Shown in pieces: positions 39,195 to 48,719 of a stretch of DNA of 52,069 bases. The position numbers and the translations under genes are program-made. Positions within the stretch are counted from its first letter, which is position 1. Every line of letters begins with the position of its first letter. Origin of the DNA: Gammaproteobacteria bacterium (GTDB taxonomy: Bacteria > Pseudomonadota > Gammaproteobacteria > Steroidobacterales > SZUA-146); the NCBI GenBank assembly GCA_013002925.1, contig JABDLQ010000165.1, positions 1 through 52,069 on the forward strand, given 5' to 3'. Below the pieces are notes generated by a model, which had not been told where the DNA came from, made no database searches, and saw only the letters and a program-made list of their open reading frames with translations.

Positions 39195-41126
39195 ATGCTC
39201 AAATTGAAACGTCTGTTGGTTTTGCTGATCGTTGGATCGCTGTTCGCGTGTAGCAGTGGTGGCGATGACGACAGCTTCGTCCAGATTCCGGTGCCGGATC
39301 CGGTGACTGATCCCACCACCCCGCCGGTCATTGCTATCGCTTCTATTGAGGCGTTGACGAGTAATCCACAAATTCAGTCTGACGGCGGCATACCGGTTAC
39401 AATCACTGCCCTGGTCAAAGATGCCAACAACAATTTTGTAGAAGGGGCTGCAGTTTCGTTTGCCGCTGATTCCGGGGGCATGGAAGTGCTCACTGGCGTC
39501 ACCGGTACTGACGGTGTGGCGACAGCCCGATTGTCCACCGCAGGAAATCGCGAAAACCGGGTAATCAGTGTGACCGTCAGCGTAACCCAGGGTGAGACCA
39601 CGCTGACCGATGTCGTGTCCGTCACCGTGATTGGCACCAACTTGCAAATAACCGGGCCGAGTTCCCTGGCGCAAGGCGCCGCGGGCACTTACACACTGGT
39701 ACTCAACGATGCCGACGGTGCCGGAATCAATGGCGAAACCATCGCTGTTGCATCTTCGCTCGGCAACACGTTGTCGGCAACCACCCTGACCACCGACAGC
39801 GCCGGCCAGGCACAGGTCCTGTATACCGCGGTCAATGGTGGCAGCGACACGCTATCGGCCACCGCGCTGGGTGAGTCCGCCAGCACGACGATTAATGTGT
39901 CTGATGACAGCTTTATCTTTGCTACCCCGGCAGCCAGCACCGAGGTACAACTGGGCGCAACCCAGACTGTCACAGTACGCTGGACAATGAACAGCGCACC
40001 GGTGGTCGGCCAATCGGTTGCATTCGCGTCGACACGCGGTGCCATTACACCCAGTTCAGTGGTCACCAATGCCAACGGCGAAGCGACCGCCAGCGTGAGT
40101 GCCACCAATGCCGGCGCGGCAATTATTACTGCGACCACGGTCAATGGCCCGAGTGCAACATTACCGATCGAATTTGTTGCCATCACACCGGCTTCGATTG
40201 AAGTCCAGGCAGACCCGTTCACCGTATCGCCCAATTCACAATCCGCAATCACCGCCATCGTGCGGGACCCCGATGGCAATCTGGTGAAGAATGTCAGCGT
40301 CGAATTCCAGTTGAGTGATATCACCGGCGGTACGTTGTCGGTCCCTTCTGCGGTAACCGACAGCATCGGCCGTGCCCAGACCTTTTATACCTCGAGCTCC
40401 CAGACCTCCAGTGTGAATGGTGTGCGCATCACCGGCCTGGTAGCTTCTGCCCCCGCCATTAATGACGCCGTGTTACTGACGGTAGCCGGTCGTGAAGTAT
40501 TCTTCACCTTTGGCACTGGCAACAGCATCTTAGAGCCCAACCCGGCGCAATATCAGGTCCCTTATGTCGTGCAGGTCACGGATGCAGACGGGCGCCCGGT
40601 AACGGGTGTCGATGTATCGATGAGCGTCGTCTCGGTGAAATATATCAAGGGCTTCTGGTGCCCCGACAATATTAATGACCTGTGGTACGTGGTGGTGGCT
40701 GAGCGCTGTGATGATGAAGATGTCAACCGTAACGGCATTCTGGATCCGGGTGAAGACATCAACTCAAACCTGCGCATCGAAGCGGGTAACATCGCGACGA
40801 TTACACCCGGATCGTTCACCTCTGACGACAATGGTTTCGGATTTATCGATCTGTATTACCCGCAGGAATACGGCGGTTTTCTGGAGGTTGAAATGCAGGC
40901 CCGCGCATCCGTTCAGGGCACCGAGTTTTCCGAGAAATCGGTGTTTCTCGTCAGCGTAATTGCCGATGATGTGAACTCACTCGATAAATCACCACCGGGA
41001 TTGAACACTGTGCCGGCAGGTTTTGTGCCGCAGGCGGCGTGTCCACCTTATGCTAATCCCGACACGATCTCCTCCAGTCCGTTTGGATATAATCCGAACT
41101 GTACGGTTTTCGATTTCCCCAACTAG
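39195..41126 (+). CDS. Lipoprotein with tandem bacterial Ig-like (Big_1/invasin-type) repeats and Cys-containing C-terminal domain
   Basis: 643-aa ORF with a GAGGAA RBS 8 nt upstream. The signal peptide carries lipobox LFAC with Ser at +2. Four to five repeats of about 90-100 aa show the recurring pattern xVxDxxGNxVxGxxVxF...TDxxGxAxxxxxS, for example ALVKDANNNFVEGAAVSF...TDGVATARLS and AIVRDPDGNLVKNVSVEF...TDSIGRAQTFYTS. The C-terminal roughly 170 aa contain two Cys pairs and an acidic DxNxNGxxDxxED loop. Confidence 0.8.
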   Translation: MLKLKRLLVLLIVGSLFACSSGGDDDSFVQIPVPDPVTDPTTPPVIAIASIEALTSNPQIQSDGGIPVTITALVKDANNNFVEGAAVSFAADSGGMEVLTGVTGTDGVATARLSTAGNRENRVISVTVSVTQGETTLTDVVSVTVIGTNLQITGPSSLAQGAAGTYTLVLNDADGAGINGETIAVASSLGNTLSATTLTTDSAGQAQVLYTAVNGGSDTLSATALGESASTTINVSDDSFIFATPAASTEVQLGATQTVTVRWTMNSAPVVGQSVAFASTRGAITPSSVVTNANGEATASVSATNAGAAIITATTVNGPSATLPIEFVAITPASIEVQADPFTVSPNSQSAITAIVRDPDGNLVKNVSVEFQLSDITGGTLSVPSAVTDSIGRAQTFYTSSSQTSSVNGVRITGLVASAPAINDAVLLTVAGREVFFTFGTGNSILEPNPAQYQVPYVVQVTDADGRPVTGVDVSMSVVSVKYIKGFWCPDNINDLWYVVVAERCDDEDVNRNGILDPGEDINSNLRIEAGNIATITPGSFTSDDNGFGFIDLYYPQEYGGFLEVEMQARASVQGTEFSEKSVFLVSVIADDVNSLDKSPPGLNTVPAGFVPQAACPPYANPDTISSSPFGYNPNCTVFDFPN

Positions 41127-41141
41127 GCGCATACCACAACA

Positions 41142-41171
41142 GAAACGGGAGCTGCGGCTCCCGTTTTTTTT
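41142..41171 (+). terminator. Rho-independent terminator closing the pil operon
   Basis: GAAACGGGAGC (41142-41152) pairs perfectly with GCTCCCGTTTT (41157-41167) across loop TGCG. A run of about 8 T follows. It lies 16 nt after the lipoprotein stop. Confidence 0.85.
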
Positions 41172-41206
41172 ACCCACCATCTTCGTGGACAGGGTAAACT
41201 CACAGC

Positions 41207-41758
41207 ATGCCTGATGACGATCCGATATTCCTGGTGGGCCCGATGGGGTCCGGAAAGACTGCAGTCGGACAACGGCTCGCGCAATTGCTCGAGCGCCAGT
41301 TTGTAGATACAGACCGTGAGATTGAAAAGCGCTGCGGTGTTGATGTTGCGTTTATTTTTGACAAGGAAGGCGAAGCCGGTTTTCGCACCCGCGAGCATCG
41401 GGCTCTGGCCGAACTGGCCGCGCTGCCAGCCATGGTTATAGCCACGGGCGGTGGAATTGTAATCCGTGAGGTCAACCGCAAGATTTTGCGTGAGTCCGGG
41501 GTCGTCATCTATCTTGAAACCAGTGTCGACCAGCAGTTTGAACGGACCCGTTACAGCAGCACGAGACCGCTACTACATGGCGATGATCCCAAGTCCAAAT
41601 TACACGAGCTGATGACGGTACGCGGACCCTTGTATGCCAGTGTTGCTGACATCACCTGCAACACTGACGGACAGCGTGTCAACCAGGTAGCGAAGCAGGT
41701 GTGCACGATGCTGGAATCTTTCACGGTAAAAAAAAAGAACCGCTCATGCAGCCGTTAA
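41207..41758 (+). CDS. aroK: Shikimate kinase AroK
   Basis: 183-aa ORF with P-loop GPMGSGKT and shikimate kinase core motifs (DTDREIE, ATGGG). Confidence 0.93.
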   Translation: MPDDDPIFLVGPMGSGKTAVGQRLAQLLERQFVDTDREIEKRCGVDVAFIFDKEGEAGFRTREHRALAELAALPAMVIATGGGIVIREVNRKILRESGVVIYLETSVDQQFERTRYSSTRPLLHGDDPKSKLHELMTVRGPLYASVADITCNTDGQRVNQVAKQVCTMLESFTVKKKNRSCSR

Positions 41759-42837
41759 ATGTCGGTCTCGGAAACCGCAGTTATCCCGTTTATATTGGTA
41801 AAGGGCTGCTGGGTGATATCGATCACTGGCGCAGGATGTCTGCACAGTTAAAATTGCCACAGCGTTTACTTATTGTTTCTGACCGCAACGTTGCCAACCT
41901 GTATTTGCAACCGTTACAACATGCATTAAAGACCTTCGACTCCACAACCTGCGTGCTGGAACCCGGGGAAGCCAACAAAAACCTTGCCGCCATGACAACG
42001 ATACTCGATGAGCTTATTGCCGGCGGTTTTCAGCGCGATGCCGCCGTCATTGCATTGGGCGGCGGGGTGATTGGCGATATTGCCGGGTTTGCGGCGGCGT
42101 GTTTTATGCGCGGGATTCGCTGCGTACAGATTCCCACGACTTTGCTGGCACAGGTTGATTCTTCGGTTGGCGGCAAAACCGGCGTCAATCACAAGCTTGG
42201 CAAAAACCTGATCGGCGCATTTCATCAGCCCGTCGCAGTGGTTATCGATACCGACACCCTGGCCACGCTGGAGTTACGTGAGGTGCGCGCCGGGCTGGCT
42301 GAAGTCATCAAGTATGGCTGTATCTATGATGCGGATTTTTTTGCCTGGCTCGAAACGCATATGAAGGAATTGCTGGCGCTGGAAACCACGGCACTGGCTC
42401 GTGCAATCCGCCGCAGCTGCGAAATCAAGGCCACGATTGTCGCCCGCGACGAAAAAGAAGCCGGCGAGCGCGCGCTGCTTAATTTTGGCCACAGCTTCGG
42501 CCATGCCATCGAGCAGGTCACCGGGTATACGCGCTGGTTGCATGGTGAAGCCGTGGCTATCGGCATGCTCATGGCCTGCTCGCTGTCACACCGAATGGGT
42601 CTGTTAAGTGCGGCTGAGGTTGCGCGTGTCAGCGCGCTGTTGGGCGCCGCCGGACTGCCTGCCTGCACCGATGATGCGCCCGTCGATGCACTGTTACAGG
42701 CGATGCAGCTGGACAAAAAAAATGCGGCCGGCAAGCAGCGGCTGATACTGCTCAACGGCATCGGGGCCAGCGAAATACGCAGTGACTGCAGCAGCGCCGA
42801 CATCCGGCAGGCGATACTGGATTACACGGGTTCATGA
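41746..42837 (+). CDS. aroB: 3-dehydroquinate synthase AroB
   Basis: Start set at the ATG at 41746 (MQPLNVGLGNRSYPVYIG), overlapping the aroK 3' end by 13 nt. Typical DHQS motifs are present (GGGVIGDIAGFAAA, DSSVGGKTGVNH, LNFGHSFGHAIE). Confidence 0.93.
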   Translation: MQPLNVGLGNRSYPVYIGKGLLGDIDHWRRMSAQLKLPQRLLIVSDRNVANLYLQPLQHALKTFDSTTCVLEPGEANKNLAAMTTILDELIAGGFQRDAAVIALGGGVIGDIAGFAAACFMRGIRCVQIPTTLLAQVDSSVGGKTGVNHKLGKNLIGAFHQPVAVVIDTDTLATLELREVRAGLAEVIKYGCIYDADFFAWLETHMKELLALETTALARAIRRSCEIKATIVARDEKEAGERALLNFGHSFGHAIEQVTGYTRWLHGEAVAIGMLMACSLSHRMGLLSAAEVARVSALLGAAGLPACTDDAPVDALLQAMQLDKKNAAGKQRLILLNGIGASEIRSDCSSADIRQAILDYTGS

Positions 42838-43982
42838 CGCACCCAGGCACAGTTCTCGCCGCCTATGCCGCCCACCCGGAGCACAGTCGCGGTCGAATTA
42901 TTTCCGAGGCACCATCGCTACACCGTACCGAGTTTCAACGCGATCGCGATCGCATCATACATTCGACCGCGTTTCGGCGTCTTGAATACAAAACCCAGGT
43001 GTTCGTCAATCACGAGGGGGACCTGTACCGCACCCGGCTGACCCACAGCCTGGAGGTCGCACAAGTTGGCCGTACTGTCGCACGCGCGCTTGGTCTCAAT
43101 GAGGATTTGTGCGAAACCATTTGCCTCGCTCACGATCTGGGACACACACCGTTCGGTCATGCCGGTCAGGACGAACTGAACAAATGTATGCGCGATTACG
43201 GGGGCTTTGAACACAATCTGCAGTCCTTGCGTGTCGTTGATGTGCTGGAGGAAAAATATCCCGGTTTCGTGGGTCTGAACCTGACGTTTGAGGCGCGCGA
43301 AGGAATCCTCAAACATTGTGCCCGCAGAAATGCGCGCGAGTTGGGTGATCTGGGCCGGCGTTTTCTGGACAAAACCCTGCCAGGTGGTGAAGCACAACTG
43401 GCCGACCTGGCCGACTCGATTGCCTATAACCATCACGATGTGGACGACGGTTTGCGCTCGGGTCTGATAACGGCTGAGCAGCTCTGCGAAGTCGAGTTGT
43501 TCGGCCGCCACTATCAGGCCACTACTGGTGATTATCCGGATCTTGACGAACGCCGGCATATCTATGAAACGGTGAGGCGCATGTTTGGCGAGGTGATCGA
43601 TGACCTGATCACCTGTAGTCGCGACAACATCCGCGCACTGGGACCTGCCACCATCGATGACATTCGCAATGCCGATCAACCGGTCCTGCAACTGAGCGCG
43701 GCCTGTCTGAAACTGCACTTGCAGCTCAAAGAGTTCCTGCGCAAAAACCTCTATCGCCATGAGCGCGTGGTCGCGATGACAGATTTATCCAAAACTGTCG
43801 TGCGCGAGTTATTCACCGCATTTTTCGAGCAACCTGAACGAATGCCGGCAGACTTTGCTGCCAAAGCGACTGCGGGTGACATTAATGACAAGGCGCGCAT
43901 CGTTGCCGATTTTATTGCAGGTATGACAGATCGTTACGCTTTGACACAGCACCGCGCCGCCAGGGAGTCGCGCGCGCTTTAA
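42834..43982 (+). CDS. Deoxyguanosinetriphosphate triphosphohydrolase-like protein (HD domain)
   Basis: 382-aa ORF with dGTPase-like motifs (FQRDRDRIIHSTAFRRLEYKTQVF, RLTHSLEV, HDLGHTPFGH, MTDRYA). It shows a 4-nt overlap with aroB. Confidence 0.9.
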   Translation: MTHPGTVLAAYAAHPEHSRGRIISEAPSLHRTEFQRDRDRIIHSTAFRRLEYKTQVFVNHEGDLYRTRLTHSLEVAQVGRTVARALGLNEDLCETICLAHDLGHTPFGHAGQDELNKCMRDYGGFEHNLQSLRVVDVLEEKYPGFVGLNLTFEAREGILKHCARRNARELGDLGRRFLDKTLPGGEAQLADLADSIAYNHHDVDDGLRSGLITAEQLCEVELFGRHYQATTGDYPDLDERRHIYETVRRMFGEVIDDLITCSRDNIRALGPATIDDIRNADQPVLQLSAACLKLHLQLKEFLRKNLYRHERVVAMTDLSKTVVRELFTAFFEQPERMPADFAAKATAGDINDKARIVADFIAGMTDRYALTQHRAARESRAL

Positions 43983-44032
43983 TTTGCCGCTTGTGGTGGT
44001 AGCATTAACTTTTTGAGAAATCCCGGGAATAT

Positions 44033-44749
44033 TTGATGAGTCCAAAATCGATTGCGAACAGTGACCGCCTGATCTTTGCCATGGATGTGGCAAGCATCTC
44101 GGAAGCCAAGCACCTGGCACGTCAGCTTGGCGATGCAGTCACATTTTACAAGCTGGGCCTGGAAATGATGACGTCGGGCCATTATTTCGAGTTTCTCGAA
44201 TGGCTGGTGGCACGGGATAAAAAAGTGTTTGCGGATCTCAAGCTGTTCGATGTGCCGGCAACTGTGGCTGCGGCAGTCAAGGGACTCAATAGCCGTGGCA
44301 TCGAATACACTACAGTGCACGGCAACCAGTCGATTATGGAGGCTGCGGCAGCCGCCAGTGAGGACGTAAAAATATTGGCTGTGACGGCACTTACCAGTCT
44401 GGATCGCGGCGATCTGGATGATCTTGGTTTTACTTGTGACGTTGACGAACTGGTGCTGTCACGCGCTCGTCGCGCATTGAGCAGCGGTTGCGACGGCGTC
44501 ATCTCTTCGGGGCTTGAAGCGCCCAAATTACGCGAGCACATCGATCACCGTTTACTGGTGATTACGCCTGGTATCCGGCCTGTCGATAATCGCCCCAGCG
44601 ACGACCAAAAACGCGTGGTTGATGTTGCCCAGGCCTTCAAAAACGGTGCTGATCACATTGTCGTTGGGCGGCCGATTCGGTCAGCACCCGATCCACGTCA
44701 GGCTGCAGAGGCCATTCAGGCTACGATCGTGCAGAGTTTTGCACAATGA
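44033..44749 (+). CDS. pyrF: Orotidine 5'-phosphate decarboxylase
   Basis: 238-aa ORF with motifs LIFAMDV, YKLG, and DLKLFDVP carrying the catalytic Lys. Confidence 0.92.
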   Translation: MMSPKSIANSDRLIFAMDVASISEAKHLARQLGDAVTFYKLGLEMMTSGHYFEFLEWLVARDKKVFADLKLFDVPATVAAAVKGLNSRGIEYTTVHGNQSIMEAAAAASEDVKILAVTALTSLDRGDLDDLGFTCDVDELVLSRARRALSSGCDGVISSGLEAPKLREHIDHRLLVITPGIRPVDNRPSDDQKRVVDVAQAFKNGADHIVVGRPIRSAPDPRQAAEAIQATIVQSFAQ

Positions 44750-45810
44750 ACACCTCCTCCGAACCACTTTTTTTACGCGCGCTGAAACGTGAGCCAGTTG
44801 AACGCACCCCGGTATGGTTGATGCGCCAGGCTGGACGCTACTTGCCGGAATACATGGAAGTGCGCAAACAGGCCGGTTCGTTTATGGCATTGGCGAGCAA
44901 CCCCGAACTGGCATGCAAAGTCACGCTGCAGCCAATCGAGCGCTTCGGTCTGGATGCTGCAATTTTGTTTTCCGACATTCTTACGATTCCGGACGCGATG
45001 GGTCTGGGGCTGTATTTCGCTGAGGGTGAAGGGCCGCGCTTTACAAAACCGGTACGCACAGAAGCCGACATCGAATCACTGCATGAACCCGAGGCCGGGA
45101 AGGACCTCGGTTACGTCATGGAAGCCATTCGTTTGATTCGCAGCAAGCTGGATTCGGACACACCGCTGATTGGTTTTTGTGGCAGCCCCTGGACCGTCGC
45201 CACTTATATGGTAGAAGGCGGCTCCAGCCGCAACTTCGAAAACATCAAGTCCATGCTCTACCGCCAGCCACAACTGATGCACCGCTTGCTGATCAAAGTC
45301 GCTAATGCGAGCTGTGATTACCTGCAGGCACAGATTGAAGCCGGTGCCCAGGCGGTGATGATTTTTGATACCTGGGGTGGCAGTTTGTCGACCGCCAGCT
45401 ACAAGGAGTTTTCACTGGCGTATATGCGTCATATCGTGGCGCATATAAAGGCCCATCACAACACTCGTGATACGCCAGTTATCCTGTTTACCAAAGGCGG
45501 CGCAAGCTGGCTCGAAATGATAGCGGACACCGGCTGTGATGCTGTGGGCGTAGACTGGACCTGTGATCTGGCCCACGCCCGCAAACGTGTCGGGGACCGG
45601 GTTGCGCTGCAGGGCAACCTCGATCCCGGTGTGCTCTATGGCAACAGCACTGTTGTGGAACGTGAATGTCGGCGGGTGCTGGACAGTTTCGGCCCGGGCA
45701 GCGGTCATGTATTTAACCTTGGCCATGGCATTCACCCGGGTGTCGACCCGCAGCGTGTAGCCGACCTGGTCGCTGCCGTGCGGCAGCACAGTCCAGCTCT
45801 TCACCGTTGA
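44746..45810 (+). CDS. hemE: Uroporphyrinogen decarboxylase
   Basis: 354-aa ORF with the N-terminal signature [15 protein letters not shown] plus FSDIL and IFDTWGG. Confidence 0.94.
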   Translation: MNTSSEPLFLRALKREPVERTPVWLMRQAGRYLPEYMEVRKQAGSFMALASNPELACKVTLQPIERFGLDAAILFSDILTIPDAMGLGLYFAEGEGPRFTKPVRTEADIESLHEPEAGKDLGYVMEAIRLIRSKLDSDTPLIGFCGSPWTVATYMVEGGSSRNFENIKSMLYRQPQLMHRLLIKVANASCDYLQAQIEAGAQAVMIFDTWGGSLSTASYKEFSLAYMRHIVAHIKAHHNTRDTPVILFTKGGASWLEMIADTGCDAVGVDWTCDLAHARKRVGDRVALQGNLDPGVLYGNSTVVERECRRVLDSFGPGSGHVFNLGHGIHPGVDPQRVADLVAAVRQHSPALHR

Positions 45811-45824
45811 GTTCATCGGCGAGC

Positions 45825-47072
45825 ATGCCGTTGTCCGCCGCTGAACAGGAGCGCGGACGGGCTCTGGCGCGCATGAAATGGCTGGCCACCGGCTTGTTTC
45901 TGCTGATGGCATTTGTTTTTGGTTTGACCTTTATTCCTGAACACCCACCTCGCTGGCTCCCGTTTTTGCGGGCGTTTTGCGAAGCGGCAATGGTCGGAGC
46001 GCTGGCAGACTGGTTCGCCGTGACCGCGCTTTTCAGGCACCCGCTGGGCATTCCGATTCCACATACAGCCATCGTGCCCAACAACAAAGATCAGATTGGC
46101 ACCAGTCTCGCCGGGTTCGTCGAGCGCAATTTTCTCACCCCACAAGTGCTGGCACCCAAGCTGGAAGATGTTAATTTTGCTGATAAACTGGGGCGCTGGA
46201 TGGACGATGCCGCTCATGCACGTCGCTTAAGCAAAGACGCGGCCGCTCTGCTGGTATGGTTACTCGGTTCGGTGGACAACGATGCCGTGCGGCAATTTCT
46301 CGAAAAAAACCTGCGCAGCGGCGCCAGCAAGATTCAGATCACGCCATTGTTGAGCAAGTTGTTCACCCTGTTGACCTCGCAAAACCGTCACCAGGAGTTA
46401 ATGGACAGTGCGGTAGCGATTGCCAAACGCCAGCTCTACGAACATCAGTTTGCCATTCGCGGCCGCGTAGATGAGCGCAGCCCGTGGTGGATTCCGGGCT
46501 TTGTGGACGAAGAAATCTATCGAAAAATTGTGCTTGAGCTGGCGCGGCTGCTGGATCGTATCGGAGACGATCCGCATCATGCGGCCCGCCAAAGTTTTAA
46601 TCAGGCTACCGAAGACCTGATTTATTCCATGGCGCATGATCCGGAGGTGATCGCCCGTGGCGAGGCATTGAAACATGAAATCACCAGTCACCCGGCGGTG
46701 CAAAAATACCTGACGGATGCCTGGGACGACATCAAGGACTATGTCAGTGTCCAAAGCCGCGACCCGGACTCGACGTTGCGCAATCGCCTGCAGCAGGCAA
46801 TTCGGCGGTTCGGACGGGCATTACAGGAGGACGGTCAGATGCAGCAGCAAATCAATGGCTGGGTATGTGCCGGGCTCTTGTATCTGGTGAACAATTATCG
46901 TGAGTCGATGGCCAGCATCATTTCGGACACCGTCAAATCCTGGGATACGGCACTCACTACGCGCCGCGTAGAACTGCAGGTCGGTCGTGATTTGCAGTTT
47001 ATCCGTATCAACGGCACGCTGGTCGGCGGTCTCGTTGGACTGCTCATCTATAGCCTCGTGCAGGCATTTTGA
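45825..47072 (+). CDS. DUF445-domain membrane protein
   Basis: Sequence typical of DUF445/YjiN-like proteins (GALADWFAVTALFRHPLGIPIPHTAIVPNNKD...INGTLVGGLVG). I chose the ATG at 45825. A TTG at 45807 overlapping the hemE stop is the track alternative. Confidence 0.75.
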   Translation: MPLSAAEQERGRALARMKWLATGLFLLMAFVFGLTFIPEHPPRWLPFLRAFCEAAMVGALADWFAVTALFRHPLGIPIPHTAIVPNNKDQIGTSLAGFVERNFLTPQVLAPKLEDVNFADKLGRWMDDAAHARRLSKDAAALLVWLLGSVDNDAVRQFLEKNLRSGASKIQITPLLSKLFTLLTSQNRHQELMDSAVAIAKRQLYEHQFAIRGRVDERSPWWIPGFVDEEIYRKIVLELARLLDRIGDDPHHAARQSFNQATEDLIYSMAHDPEVIARGEALKHEITSHPAVQKYLTDAWDDIKDYVSVQSRDPDSTLRNRLQQAIRRFGRALQEDGQMQQQINGWVCAGLLYLVNNYRESMASIISDTVKSWDTALTTRRVELQVGRDLQFIRINGTLVGGLVGLLIYSLVQAF

Positions 47073-47073
47073 C

Positions 47074-47991
47074 ATGCTGCGCCTGGCTCTCATCGCAATA
47101 CATCTGATCGAGGTTTTACTCTATAGCTGGATCTATTCTGTCGCCGGTGGCGGCTGGTGGGTATGGCTCAGCACGGTTCTTTTTATGGGTCTGACCGCGC
47201 GCGCTATCCTGATTGCACTCACGCTGATCATCGCGCGCGTCCCGTTGACACCGCCTGGCACAACACTGGCGGCATTTGCAGCCGAATATTATTCGGCTGT
47301 CCGCCTGTACTCCTGGGACGCACTGCTCGGAGCGCCGCGACTGGTTGCACCAACACAGACCGCACCGAACCCGTTCCCGCCGATCCTGTTTATCCACGGC
47401 TTTATGTGCAACGCCGGGTTCTGGCGCGGCTTTCTGCGTTTTTTTGCCGACCACTGGAACAACTACGTGGCCACTATCGACCTGGTGCCACTCCACACCA
47501 GCATCGATGATTATGCCGGGCATATTGACCAGCGGATCGATGAACTGCTGGCAGTATCCGGGGCGTCTTCCTGTTTGATCGTCGCTCACAGTATGGGTGG
47601 CCTGGTGACGCGCAGTTACCTGCACAAGCTCCACGCCCATCACAAAGTCGCGGGTGTCGTAACATTGGGCACGCCACATTCAGGAACCGTGCTGGCAGAT
47701 TATTCGCTGGCAATAAACTCACGGCAGATGCGACGTCTCAGCGCCTGGCTCACCGCACTCGACGAATCTGAATCCGCCGCAACCCAGCCCCCCTTTGCCG
47801 CCCTGATTGGTACTCACGACAACATTGTCGCTCCCCAGGAGTGCGCCAGTTACCGACTCGCTGACAACACGTACATGTTCGGGATCACCCATCTGGCCAT
47901 GGCGCTCAACCGGCAGGTCATGGAATGGACTCTGCACAGCCTGTTACGCATCGCAAGTCAGGCGACGCGCACATCCTCCGGCACGGGCTGA
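47074..47991 (+). CDS. Membrane-anchored alpha/beta hydrolase (lipase/esterase-like, AHSMGG nucleophile elbow)
   Basis: The ATG at 47074 lies 1 nt after the DUF445 stop. Two N-terminal TM helices are followed by an alpha/beta fold with oxyanion-region IHGF, nucleophile motif AHSMGG as in small bacterial lipases, and late D/H candidates (THDNIV, ITHLAM). Confidence 0.7.
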   Translation: MLRLALIAIHLIEVLLYSWIYSVAGGGWWVWLSTVLFMGLTARAILIALTLIIARVPLTPPGTTLAAFAAEYYSAVRLYSWDALLGAPRLVAPTQTAPNPFPPILFIHGFMCNAGFWRGFLRFFADHWNNYVATIDLVPLHTSIDDYAGHIDQRIDELLAVSGASSCLIVAHSMGGLVTRSYLHKLHAHHKVAGVVTLGTPHSGTVLADYSLAINSRQMRRLSAWLTALDESESAATQPPFAALIGTHDNIVAPQECASYRLADNTYMFGITHLAMALNRQVMEWTLHSLLRIASQATRTSSGTG

Positions 47992-48713
47992 TCGGCAAAT
48001 ATCGCGTCCAGCAACCTGGATTCGCGGCTGTGTACTGCATCCAGAAAATGTTCTGCCTTGCCCATTTTCCGGAACGCGGCCAGACCGCGTTCGATAAAGC
48101 TTTGCAGTTCACCAAAGCCAGCCAGGTGTGCTGGTTTGCGGGCCAGCTTTACGGCCGCAAGAATAAACTTTTTACGGGTCACCAATTCGAGGTTTTGACC
48201 GACTTCGACGATCATGCTGATTTGCTGCCGGCGCTCCTCATAGTTGTTACAGGCTTTGTAGGCACGTGCATACATTGCGAAATCCAACGGTACGTCACCA
48301 CGCGAAAAACTTTCGCCGTACTGCTGTTCAAGCACTTCCAGCAGCTTGAGATCAAGTTCCATCGTCAGGCTGTTAAGCGCCAGTCCCTGCGACAGGGAAT
48401 CAATGGCCTCCCCGGACAACACCTTGACCATCAGCGGGTAAACACGGGCGATATCCTCATCACGCTGGGAAAAGTCCACCGGCCCGTACAAATCGGACAG
48501 AAAAAACTCCACCGCTGCCTGATAACGGCTTTGCCGGGCGAAATCGTCGTAAGTCAAGCGTAGCCGTTGGCACTGCCACTCGCACAGCAAGCGGTGTCCG
48601 GCTGCGAGTTCACGTTCCTGAACACGCTCCCTGGAAAGCCGCAAGGTACGCTCAAGAATAAACCTGAAGCGTTCAGCGCTGCTGCTTTTACTGGCATCCG
48701 TCACAGGCGACAA
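47958..48713 (-). CDS. Conserved hypothetical helical protein (possibly the family NCBI labels FFLEELY-motif protein)
   Basis: 251-aa ORF with a TTG or GTG start, 6 nt downstream of the fadD stop. It contains AVEFFLSDLYGPVDFSQRD, which resembles the FFLEELY signature as I recall it. That assignment is tentative. Confidence 0.5.
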   Translation of the reverse strand: MSPVTDASKSSSAERFRFILERTLRLSRERVQERELAAGHRLLCEWQCQRLRLTYDDFARQSRYQAAVEFFLSDLYGPVDFSQRDEDIARVYPLMVKVLSGEAIDSLSQGLALNSLTMELDLKLLEVLEQQYGESFSRGDVPLDFAMYARAYKACNNYEERRQQISMIVEVGQNLELVTRKKFILAAVKLARKPAHLAGFGELQSFIERGLAAFRKMGKAEHFLDAVHSRESRLLDAIFADQPVPEDVRVA

Positions 48714-48719
48714 CTGACT

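Noticed and set aside
41727-41736. A9 homopolymer at the aroK 3' end, just before the aroB start, as a possible slippage or phase-variation site.
   Set aside because: It encodes the Lys-rich non-conserved AroK tail. A frameshift there would not affect the AroK core or the independently initiated aroB. Housekeeping genes are not expected to be phase-variable.
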